Of a stretch of DNA of 44,299 bases, positions 8,917-16,836 are shown piece after piece. Within the stretch, counting starts at the first letter, position 1. Every line of letters starts with the position of its first letter. The DNA is from Candidatus Micrarchaeia archaeon (GTDB lineage: Archaea; Micrarchaeota; Micrarchaeia; Micrarchaeales; CABMGC01). Under the pieces are notes generated by a model. That model was not told where the DNA came from, ran no database searches, and was given only the letters and a program-made list of their open reading frames with translations. The translations under genes and the position numbers were made by a program. The stretch lies in contig JBMFIM010000006.1 of NCBI GenBank assembly GCA_049976305.1, positions 1-44,299 of the forward strand, in the 5' to 3' direction.

Positions 8917-9305
8917 TATTCCAAGCCTTTGTGCTGTCTATGGGAATAGTAGCATATGTGCTGCTAAGAAACCTAAGGCTTAGGAGGGACAAGGTAGTAA
9001 TAAAGCTAGGTCCAGCTACTGTGGAGAGAGCTAGCACAGCATGCAAGGGCTTTGAAGATTTTGCCAAAGATATGCTAATCGCAAACGGCTACGGGCTTTA
9101 TTCGGGCAGGGCTTTGGAAAAGGCTGCTTATGAAAAGCTAGGCATTGCCAGATGCAAGTCAAGGCTGCTTAGCAAAAGGTCAAACGCCAAGGAACTCGTT
9201 CTTTTTGCAAAGGATTATGATGAATTTGCCTCTTGTCTATTTTCCCGTTGCAGCATCTTGCATGCCTACTTGGTAAACTACAAGCTTAGTGTTGTTTATG
9301 CCTGA
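8913..9305 (+). CDS. Hypothetical protein with N-terminal membrane anchor
   Basis: ATGA overlap with the upstream gene; hydrophobic N-terminus MIFQAFVLSMGIVAYVLL followed by basic residues. Confidence 0.6.
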   Translation: MIFQAFVLSMGIVAYVLLRNLRLRRDKVVIKLGPATVERASTACKGFEDFAKDMLIANGYGLYSGRALEKAAYEKLGIARCKSRLLSKRSNAKELVLFAKDYDEFASCLFSRCSILHAYLVNYKLSVVYA

Positions 9306-9420
9306 CTTGTCAAGCGAGCTTTTCAAAGATTATTCCCGCTCTTTTCAATTCGTTCTACACACAGTGCTTGCAGCTATTGCCTTACTTCTTGCCTTTTCTG
9401 TTTTCCTAGGTGTTTTGTAA
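9298..9420 (+). CDS. 40-aa single-TM membrane peptide (below ORF-track cutoff)
   Basis: MPDLSSELFKDYSRSFQFVLHTVLAAIALLLAFSVFLGVL*; overlaps the upstream stop and ends in TAATG coupled to the next ATG; exactly fills the gap. Confidence 0.6.
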   Translation: MPDLSSELFKDYSRSFQFVLHTVLAAIALLLAFSVFLGVL

Positions 9421-11495
9421 TGATTGAGGAAATAGTAGCTATTCCAGACGGGCTGAAGGGCGAGCAGTTTCTTGAGGCAAGCCTTGGGAGAGAATTTGCT
9501 TTAGTGCACGATCTTAGCCACATGCGAACGCTGATATTTAGTAGAGAGGGTTTTGGGGGTAGATATGGAGTAAAGGCAAGGCCGTCCAGCATCGAGCTAA
9601 ACGGCAGCTTCATTTTGGCATCAGCATTGCAAACAAAAGGCATTGGCATATACAACCTCTTCGGATTCTCGAACAACCAGCTTATTGTTATGTTTTACAG
9701 GCTCGACTCAAAAGACGCAGAGAAAGCAAGGAAGAGAGTCGAAGATGAATTGAGCAGCTTCCAGACTAAGGTGGTTAGGCGCGTGAACGAAATAAACCTG
9801 AATTCTGAGCTTTACTACGACTCGTACAGAAGGCAGCTCCTTGCTTCATGGCTAGAATCGCTTAACGAGGCAGAGGCCTCAAACACCTGCTACAATGTTG
9901 TTTTGGCGTTTCCAGAAAACGATCGAGATATGCTTGACTACCTAAAGTCTAGGTCTGTGCTTTCAAATTTTTCAAAAATAAGCGCCAAAAGCATCGAAGA
10001 GCTGTTTGATAAAGCAAGGAGAAAGGATGTGCCGATAGGGCCATCAGCAGCTGCAAAATTTATCTCTCTTTCTCCAGCAATCCAGCGTATTATAAGCCTT
10101 GGCAATATGGCAGTGCAAAACGGGGACATATGCATAGGCAGCGGGCTTGTCTACGGAGAAAAGCAAATTGACGTTTGCATGGATTCTTCCTCACTAAAGT
10201 TTGGTACAATCATATCGGGCCTTCCTGGTACAGGCAAAACCTTTGCAGCGATGAGCATTGCAGAGCAAGCCCACAAGGAGGGCATACCAGTAGTCGCAAT
10301 AGCGCCAACTGAGGAGTGGAACGCCTTCGGTAATGCAAACAATCTGCCTGTGATAAGCTTTTACCAGTCTGCCATTCCTATAAACTTTTTCAAATGCGAT
10401 GCAAAAATTAACATAGAAAGGTTCTATGAGAACTTGGCTTCGCTGCTTGCCCTCGCTTCTAACGCAGGTCCGTATACACGTACTTTGGAGAAGGTACTGC
10501 TTGCTGCTTTCAGAAAAGTTTATGCCGAGACTGTAAGGCCTGATCCTCAAGATGTTTATGACGCCATAGAGGATGAGATCATAGAAGAACATGCAAAAAG
10601 GAGCAATGTTGGGATAGAATTTACGAAGCACGGTGAGAACACGATGGCAGCATTGCAGAATCTCAGGCTTATGCTTATGCGCAGGGAGTTTGCTTATTCT
10701 GAGGGCATAGACTTTGCAAAACTATTAGAAAGGGGCGCAATATTCGACCTCTCGAGTGTGAGCAATAGTATGAAGCCTTTCTATTATTCGCTTATCCTTA
10801 ACCAGCTTTATTCAGTGATAGACTCTTTGCCTGAAGACACCTCTAATGGCCTTAGGCTTCTCGCTTTGCTCGAGGAAGCCCAGCTGCCCTTACAGGGCAA
10901 TACTTCTCAGGCCGTGGTTGAAGATTTGAAGCAGAGGATACAGGACTTCAGGAAGAAGAAGGTTGGCCTCGTGCTTATAACGCACAACGTGACCGACATA
11001 AACAAAAGCATAAGGAGATTGTGCCAGAATAAGCTCTATTTTAGGCAGAGCCCTGATGTGGCAAGATTTGCAGCAAGCGATCTAGTTTTCGGGGATATTG
11101 AACAAAGCAAGGTGCATACGTTGCTAAAGACACTAGGCGATAGGATCTGTGCTTTCGTTTCTGTAGATAGGAACAACCTCTCTGTCCGCAATGCGATCCT
11201 TGTAATTACCAGAGAACTAAGCATGCCTGATGTACAACGCACAGAAACATATCTGCCGGGATTGTCAAAGATGAGGGTTTTGCTAAAAAACGATAGTGGT
11301 GTGCCTGTGGAAGCAAGAGTGAAGATAGAGTATGTTGGTACAAAGGTATTTTCGGGTAAGACGGACAAAAGCGGCATAGTCGAGTTGGATTCTTTGCCTG
11401 GGAAAAGATACAAGGTTTATGTGCTTGGAGAAAAGAAAAAAGATACAAAGGTTTTTGTAGCAAGAGGCGGCGAGGAGAACGAGTTTGTGCTTTGA
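9420..11495 (+). CDS. HerA/VirB4-like (DUF87) ATPase with C-terminal beta-sandwich (prealbumin-like) domain
   Basis: IISGLPGTGKT (Walker A), LLEEAQ (Walker B), FRKKKVGLVLITH; C-terminus VLLKNDSGVPVEARVKI...GKTDKSGIVEL...GKRYKVYV. Confidence 0.82.
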   Translation: MIEEIVAIPDGLKGEQFLEASLGREFALVHDLSHMRTLIFSREGFGGRYGVKARPSSIELNGSFILASALQTKGIGIYNLFGFSNNQLIVMFYRLDSKDAEKARKRVEDELSSFQTKVVRRVNEINLNSELYYDSYRRQLLASWLESLNEAEASNTCYNVVLAFPENDRDMLDYLKSRSVLSNFSKISAKSIEELFDKARRKDVPIGPSAAAKFISLSPAIQRIISLGNMAVQNGDICIGSGLVYGEKQIDVCMDSSSLKFGTIISGLPGTGKTFAAMSIAEQAHKEGIPVVAIAPTEEWNAFGNANNLPVISFYQSAIPINFFKCDAKINIERFYENLASLLALASNAGPYTRTLEKVLLAAFRKVYAETVRPDPQDVYDAIEDEIIEEHAKRSNVGIEFTKHGENTMAALQNLRLMLMRREFAYSEGIDFAKLLERGAIFDLSSVSNSMKPFYYSLILNQLYSVIDSLPEDTSNGLRLLALLEEAQLPLQGNTSQAVVEDLKQRIQDFRKKKVGLVLITHNVTDINKSIRRLCQNKLYFRQSPDVARFAASDLVFGDIEQSKVHTLLKTLGDRICAFVSVDRNNLSVRNAILVITRELSMPDVQRTETYLPGLSKMRVLLKNDSGVPVEARVKIEYVGTKVFSGKTDKSGIVELDSLPGKRYKVYVLGEKKKDTKVFVARGGEENEFVL

Positions 11496-11544
11496 GTTAG
11501 AGTTACTTTCTTTAATCTTTATTTCAAAAGGTAATTGTGGGATT

Positions 11545-12144
11545 ATGGCAAAACAGGCACCACCTTGGGATCCTCAGACTGATGTGTTCATAAACGAAAT
11601 AGACGGGATAGTGTCAGAGAAATATGGCATTAGCTTTAGAGACCTTCTTCTAAATCCTGGAAAGTACTCTGGCAAGAAGGACATAAAGGCAACGTTTCAG
11701 AACATAAAGACAGAGGTTGACAACTACTTCAAGACGCTTCTTAGCACATATGCTGACGAGCTTGAGAAGGTAAATAACGAGCTTGAGAGCCTAACTTCAC
11801 AGTATAAGGAGCTTGACGCGCTCATAGCAAGCAAGGCCTCTTTGGCAAAAGTGCCTTACATAAAGCCTTCGTCAATTACAAGGAAGGAGCAAGAAGAGGA
11901 GATAACAATAAAACAGTATGATCCTTCCCTTGAGCCGCTTGTAAGCAAGCTTGTGAGCATATCGCACTATGTGGCGGACATGTCCATAAAATACAAGAAC
12001 AACGTCATAGGCTCTTGGCTCTTCTCAGGGAGCAAAAACTACGTGCTAACGCTGGAGATACCAGCAAGCGACGCTCTTGTAATACAGACAAGCAAAGATA
12101 CCATTGACATGCTTCTTGGTACTGTCGAGCCATTTTTGCAGTGA
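11545..12144 (+). CDS. Hypothetical protein with coiled coil
   Basis: Long ORF with normal codon usage; probable start ATG 11545 (MAKQAPPWDPQTD). Confidence 0.7.
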   Translation: MAKQAPPWDPQTDVFINEIDGIVSEKYGISFRDLLLNPGKYSGKKDIKATFQNIKTEVDNYFKTLLSTYADELEKVNNELESLTSQYKELDALIASKASLAKVPYIKPSSITRKEQEEEITIKQYDPSLEPLVSKLVSISHYVADMSIKYKNNVIGSWLFSGSKNYVLTLEIPASDALVIQTSKDTIDMLLGTVEPFLQ

Positions 12145-12150
12145 CATCAA

Positions 12151-12702
12151 ATGCAGGCAATCGTAATTACAGGCACGCCAGGTACTGGCAAGTCCCGGCT
12201 TGCTAGGCTTCTTAAGCAAAAGATCAAAAACGCCGAGATTGTGAATGTCAACGAATTTGCAATAAAGCATGGGCTTGTTATCGGGGAAGATGAATTTGGC
12301 GCCAGCATAATAAATACAAAAAAGCTCTCTGTGTTGCTGAACGCGCTTGTAGATAAAAGCAGGCGAACGCTCATCCTCGAGGGCCACTTGCTTTGCGACA
12401 TGAAAATTAAAAATGCAAAGGCAGTAGTGCTCAGAGAGCACCTTGCTACTTTGAAGAAGAGGATGGAGATGAGAGGCTATAGGAAAAGAAAGATATACGA
12501 CAACCTTGTTGCCGAGGCTACAGACTATTGCGGCATAGAAGCATCAAAACGCTACAAGCAGGTTGGCGAGTTCTTGTCCAGTGATCCAAAGCTTTTGGAA
12601 AAGGTTTTGCAGTTTATAAAGTATGGTAAGAAAGAAGGAGACATAAACTTACTCGGCGAGCTCCTGAGCCTGATGAAGCAAGAGAGAAACTTTTCTCTAT
12701 AA
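12151..12702 (+). CDS. Adenylate kinase AK6/Fap7 family
   Basis: IVITGTPGTGKS P-loop, LILEGH motif, RMEMRGY...KIYDN. Confidence 0.88.
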   Translation: MQAIVITGTPGTGKSRLARLLKQKIKNAEIVNVNEFAIKHGLVIGEDEFGASIINTKKLSVLLNALVDKSRRTLILEGHLLCDMKIKNAKAVVLREHLATLKKRMEMRGYRKRKIYDNLVAEATDYCGIEASKRYKQVGEFLSSDPKLLEKVLQFIKYGKKEGDINLLGELLSLMKQERNFSL

Positions 12703-14067
12703 ATTGAGAAACTTCTTTCTTAGCTCTCCGTAGACTATGTCTATATAGTCTTCTGGTACTTTGTCCACGTAAAGCTTCGCACCTTTCAGCATTATGTCTT
12801 TCCTTCTCTTTCTAAGCCCGCCTTTAGCCACAAACCTAAGTAGTTCTTCAGCGCTTGCGAATCTGTTGGGCTCTATGGCAAACAGAAGGTCGTCTTTCAA
12901 GAAAGTCGCTATTGCCCTTTTGTGCTTCTTGAGAAATAGGTCGCTTGCCGTCTTCATGAATACGCTTGGCCCTTTCATGATTCTTGACTGCGCTTGCAGC
13001 TCGCGTGAAACAAACATCATTATTCCCTTGTCCTCAAACACTACCGGGATTGCGAATTCGAAGTTATATGAGTATGCGTTTGCAAACTCCTTTATTATCT
13101 CTGCAGTTTTCCTAAGCTGCGGCCAAGTTATGTCTTCGCTTTTTTTTGGAAGCTTTGTAACCATGACGAATATGTGGAAGCCCGCAGTGCGGAGGAAGGC
13201 GTTTAGCCAGGATGCCGCCTCTTCGTGGGAAAAGCCCTTGTCGTAGAAAAGGCTTTTTGAAGGTTTTGCTACGAATGCTCTTGCAAGCAGCGTAAATCTC
13301 GCCAAAGACTCCATAGACACAGGCGCAGCCACGTTTCTGTCAGGGTCTACAGGATCCACTACCACAAATTTTGAATAAAACTTCTTTACAAGCTCAATAT
13401 TTTTGTTAAGATCCTTGCTTTTTGGCTCTATCACTATCGGTAGCTTTGCTTCTGCGAAAAATTTAAGCACATTGTAGAAGGAGCCGAACTGGTATACTAG
13501 CAGCTCGCAGAGATATCCTGAGAATCCGCCGGTATAGACTTCAGCGCCGTAAAGGTCATGGTTTTTGAGGAAGAACTTGAGAAGCCTAACCTCATCCTTT
13601 TCCTTTTCGCTCAACTGGCTAAGTACAAATTCGGTATGAAGCGGCGACCTGTCAACAGCCGTTGCCATCTCCTCTATGTTTTCTATTTTGTATGCAGGCA
13701 CTATGTCTGCTTCTACTCCCAAGCTGTATAAATATGCCCTAAGATACGGATGCTCCGCATATTTTATCTCGTAATCATCATCTTTGCCTATAATCTTCTT
13801 TGCATAATCGAGACCTTCTTTTGTTATTTCCTTTTTGCTTTTCTTCTTGTCGAAGAGAAGAAACACGTCTATGTCGGAGCTCCCTCTAAGATTTGTGCCA
13901 TGCACTAGCGAGCCTACGACCCTTATCTCTACGTTTCTTGGCACTATCCTCTCAAGTCTTCTTACTATTTCATCTACCTGCCCGGTTTCCTTCTCAATCT
14001 CCTCTTTGCTGGGCTTTATCCTTTCTAGAGCCTCCTTAAGTATTTTTTTCACCTTTTCTTCCTGCAT
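12697..14067 (-). CDS. cca: CCA-adding enzyme (archaeal class I)
   Basis: GSLVHGTNLRGSSDIDVF, YAEHPY, DIVPAY, AVDRSPLHT, YGAE..GGFSGYLCELL, DPVDPDRNVA. Confidence 0.97.
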   Translation of the reverse strand: MQEEKVKKILKEALERIKPSKEEIEKETGQVDEIVRRLERIVPRNVEIRVVGSLVHGTNLRGSSDIDVFLLFDKKKSKKEITKEGLDYAKKIIGKDDDYEIKYAEHPYLRAYLYSLGVEADIVPAYKIENIEEMATAVDRSPLHTEFVLSQLSEKEKDEVRLLKFFLKNHDLYGAEVYTGGFSGYLCELLVYQFGSFYNVLKFFAEAKLPIVIEPKSKDLNKNIELVKKFYSKFVVVDPVDPDRNVAAPVSMESLARFTLLARAFVAKPSKSLFYDKGFSHEEAASWLNAFLRTAGFHIFVMVTKLPKKSEDITWPQLRKTAEIIKEFANAYSYNFEFAIPVVFEDKGIMMFVSRELQAQSRIMKGPSVFMKTASDLFLKKHKRAIATFLKDDLLFAIEPNRFASAEELLRFVAKGGLRKRRKDIMLKGAKLYVDKVPEDYIDIVYGELRKKFLNL

Positions 14068-14108
14068 AAAAACAATTATATAAAGAAGTACATTTTAAAT
14101 AAGTGCTA

Positions 14109-14180
14109 GGGCTCGTAGCGCAGTAGTAGCGCGCTCCGTTCGCAGCGGAGAGGTCGCGGGTGCGAACCCCGCCGAGTCCA
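14109..14180 (+). tRNA. tRNA-Ala(CGC), with non-canonical A18 and G55
   Basis: Acceptor GGGCTCG/CGAGTCC with G3:U70; D stem GCGC/GCGC; anticodon stem CTCCG/CGGAG with CGC at 14141-14143; T stem GCGGG/CCCGC; discriminator A; CCA not encoded. Confidence 0.9.
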
Positions 14181-14289
14181 TTGTTTTTGGCAAAGTTTAG
14201 TCTGATTTCAAGTTGTCTTGTAGCTTTTTCTCAGTTTATGCAAGCTAAAAGAAGATACTTTTTATTTTTTAAATACTATAAGTGAAAAC

Positions 14290-15273
14290 ATGCAGAAAAG
14301 GGGCGCAATGAATGGGCAGCATCCAAAAGGTAACAATAATTCCAATCTTATTATAACAAAGAGGCTCTTAGCCGATGCTTCTCCGAAAGCCCAAAGCGCA
14401 ATGGAATACCTCATGACATACGGCTGGGCAATACTCATAATTGCAGTTGTGTTGGGCGCCTTGTTTCAGCTCGGCGTTTTCAACGCCAACAACTTCGCCC
14501 CGAAGGCGCCTCCAGGTGCGTGCCAGGTATTCAGGCCAAATGGGCCCTACACGACTTCTTTTATTAATTTAGAGGGTGAGTGTCAGGGCGAGCTTCCACA
14601 ATATGTAGCGCAGTTCAATGGCGGAGGCAACACTGGCATTACACTTAATTCGTACAATTTCAATACTACTCCCTTTACTATATCTTTTTGGGAGTACTAT
14701 TTTAGTTATACTAATTGTTATACCTCAAGCAACGGAGGAAACTGTGACGAAAATGTAACGATGAATGTTAATCCAAACAAATGTAGGTCCAGCTCTAATT
14801 ATTTATGTGTAATAGATTTCGATCTTAGGACTACTTTATTACATTGGTTTACTTGGGGTAGGGATATTTTTTATAACCCTGTTCAAACAGGAAAATGGTA
14901 TTTTATTGCATGGACCTATAACCCGTCGAAAGAAAACAATATTTCTGCGTATTTAAATGGAGTTCTAATTGGAAGCAATACTGGCGCAAATGTTGTACTT
15001 GATGGACGAATAACCATCGGCTATGGAGGCGGGGTAGGGAGCATAGACGGATATGTATCTAATTTCCAAATTTATAACACTTCACTATCTGCAAATCAGA
15101 TTCAAGCGCTCTACCGAGAGGGCATAGGCGGCGCGCCCATAGACTTGCAGCACCTTGTTGGCTGGTGGCCGTTGAACGGCGACGCCAACGACTATAGTGG
15201 CAACGGCAACAACGGCGTGCCAAGCAATGTTGTGTTTGTGAGCAACTGGTGGTCTGGCTACACGCCGCCGTGA
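14290..15273 (+). CDS. Type IV pilin-like adhesin with class III signal peptide and LamG/concanavalin-like domain
   Basis: KAQ/SAMEYLMTYGWAILIIAVVL signal; LamG motifs FTISFW, GKWYFIAWTY, AYLNG, IDGYVSNFQIYNTSLSANQIQALY, LVGWWPLNGDANDYSGNGNNG. Confidence 0.9.
   Translation: MQKRGAMNGQHPKGNNNSNLIITKRLLADASPKAQSAMEYLMTYGWAILIIAVVLGALFQLGVFNANNFAPKAPPGACQVFRPNGPYTTSFINLEGECQGELPQYVAQFNGGGNTGITLNSYNFNTTPFTISFWEYYFSYTNCYTSSNGGNCDENVTMNVNPNKCRSSSNYLCVIDFDLRTTLLHWFTWGRDIFYNPVQTGKWYFIAWTYNPSKENNISAYLNGVLIGSNTGANVVLDGRITIGYGGGVGSIDGYVSNFQIYNTSLSANQIQALYREGIGGAPIDLQHLVGWWPLNGDANDYSGNGNNGVPSNVVFVSNWWSGYTPP
15138..15273 (+). repeat. Copy B (in-gene copy) of the repeated pilin-LamG 3' end
   Basis: Direct-repeat match to 106-227 and 16594-16709. 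Confidence 0.95.
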
Positions 15274-15285
15274 GTGGGCATGATT

Positions 15286-16527
15286 TTAGCTGGGCTTTAG
15301 CGTCTTAAGGCTTTCTACGTCTATCGGCTTTATGCCCTCGTCCTCTAAATATTCAAATCCTCTTTTGTCCCTTACAAACAAGAACTTTCTTTTTGTGTCA
15401 AACTTTTTCATACTGTTTATTATGCCGGTGATATCGTTGCTGCTCAGCCTTTTTCCCCACTTTACTTCAAGCAGAACTTCTGGTTTGTTGAAGCGAAGGA
15501 GCAATCCATCAACGTCATAATCGCTTGCCTCAAGGACAGATTCGGCCAAGCCAAACTTATGGGCGAGCTCTTCCCTTATAGCATCTTCGACAATCCTTGG
15601 CATTATTTCATCTACAATTCTTATTGCCTCGGCTTCTGTAAAATCGCGCATAGATATTCCATATTTTTCGTCAGCATAAAAGAACAGGCGCATAAGTGGC
15701 GAAGCTATTTTGTAAACGTTCTTGTTTTTGCCAAATACCTTTATCCTCCTGAGTATTCCTAAATTTATTAAGGTGTTCAGATACGGCTGTATTATGCTTG
15801 GATCGTCTTTTGGTATCAGCTTCTTAGAAAAGAGGCTACTTGCAATTTCGCCGCTCACAACCTTGCCGCCAGCTACAGATCTTACAATACCTTCATATGT
15901 CGCAGCTATGCTTTTTTCTTCTTCAATAAATATCTCCCCGAAAAGCGCAGGAACACTATTCTTAGACCCCATCAATATCTTTGCTATTGTCTCTCTTGCA
16001 CTTGTCCTATTGTCAAAATAGTCTATTGCAATTGGCTCTCTCATAATTGTTGCGACCTCGAGAAGGTCGGCGTTTGCGAGTCCATAAGGTGTTAGTGCTT
16101 CTAAGACTTCGTCGAGACTTATTATTGGTATCTGTATTTCGTTGAAGTAGCCGAGCAGGCTCGAATGCTCAGCAACAAGCTTCTTTGCCAAATTTAGCGT
16201 AGATGTAATTGCTATGAGCTTACCATCTTTGCTTACCGCATGAAGCAGGTCGAAGAATGGCTCGCCGAGCCTGTGAAATTCATCTACAACTACGCACTTT
16301 TTTGAAGACAGCTCCCTAAGCAGAATTTCAACGAATGCATCGTAGCTAATGATCCTATTATCTCTTTTTGACAATATGGTCCTGTCTCTATTTACAAAAA
16401 AGTACTCATCATAGCTTACAAACTTTTCTACAAGGAATGACTTGCCAGTCTTTCTCCTGCCATATACAAGTACCCACTTTTTGGAAGAGTCTATTTTCTC
16501 GGCTTCTACCCGCCTTTCCACAATCAT
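15286..16527 (-). CDS. Archaeal ATPase with winged-helix and C-terminal PD-(D/E)XK (DUF234-like) domain
   Basis: LVYGRRKTGKS (Walker A), VVVDEFH (Walker B), YLNTLINLGILRR...YKIASP wHTH, DVDGLL...LLEVKW nuclease-like motif. Confidence 0.85.
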   Translation of the reverse strand: MIVERRVEAEKIDSSKKWVLVYGRRKTGKSFLVEKFVSYDEYFFVNRDRTILSKRDNRIISYDAFVEILLRELSSKKCVVVDEFHRLGEPFFDLLHAVSKDGKLIAITSTLNLAKKLVAEHSSLLGYFNEIQIPIISLDEVLEALTPYGLANADLLEVATIMREPIAIDYFDNRTSARETIAKILMGSKNSVPALFGEIFIEEEKSIAATYEGIVRSVAGGKVVSGEIASSLFSKKLIPKDDPSIIQPYLNTLINLGILRRIKVFGKNKNVYKIASPLMRLFFYADEKYGISMRDFTEAEAIRIVDEIMPRIVEDAIREELAHKFGLAESVLEASDYDVDGLLLRFNKPEVLLEVKWGKRLSSNDITGIINSMKKFDTKRKFLFVRDKRGFEYLEDEGIKPIDVESLKTLKPS

Positions 16528-16537
16528 ATAATCACAA

Positions 16538-16561
16538 TAAGTATAATTATGATTATACTTA
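16538..16561. promoter_or_regulatory. Perfect 10-bp inverted repeat, candidate operator of the ATPase gene
   Basis: TAAGTATAAT-TATG-ATTATACTTA, 11-34 nt upstream of the minus-strand ATG at 16527. Confidence 0.6.
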
Positions 16562-16593
16562 AAACCTTTTCTATTTATGGCTCAAACGGCATA

Positions 16594-16709
16594 CATAGAC
16601 ATGCTTGCAGCACCTTGTTGGCTGGTGGCCGTTGAACGGCAACGGCAACAACGGCGTGCCAAGCAATGTTGTGTTTGTGAGCAACTGGTGGAATGGCCAC
16701 ACGCCGTAA
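16594..16709 (+). repeat. Orphan copy C of the pilin-LamG 3' end (degenerate)
   Basis: Matches 15138-15273 with a 4-nt insertion, an in-frame 21-nt deletion (gacgccaacgactatagtggc) and a variant tail WWNGHTP*. Confidence 0.93.
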
Positions 16710-16836
16710 TTTGCTTGTTTCTTGGGCGGACAGCTTTCTAATTATAGGAAGAATAAGTCAGGTAGTATTGAAAATGTAAGTGTCAAAGTAGGCTTAGACA
16801 TATGCCTTATTAAATCTTAAAGCTCTCATTTTATGC

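Noticed and set aside
12794..13246. 150-aa antisense ORF in cca, and the many other short opposite-strand ORFs in the track
   Set aside because: Shadow frames of well-supported genes, with S/L/F-rich composition and no motifs.
14160..16800. tRNA-Ala-targeted integrative element
   Set aside because: No duplicate of the tRNA 3' end was seen downstream and there is no integrase; the flanking repeats derive from the pilin gene instead.
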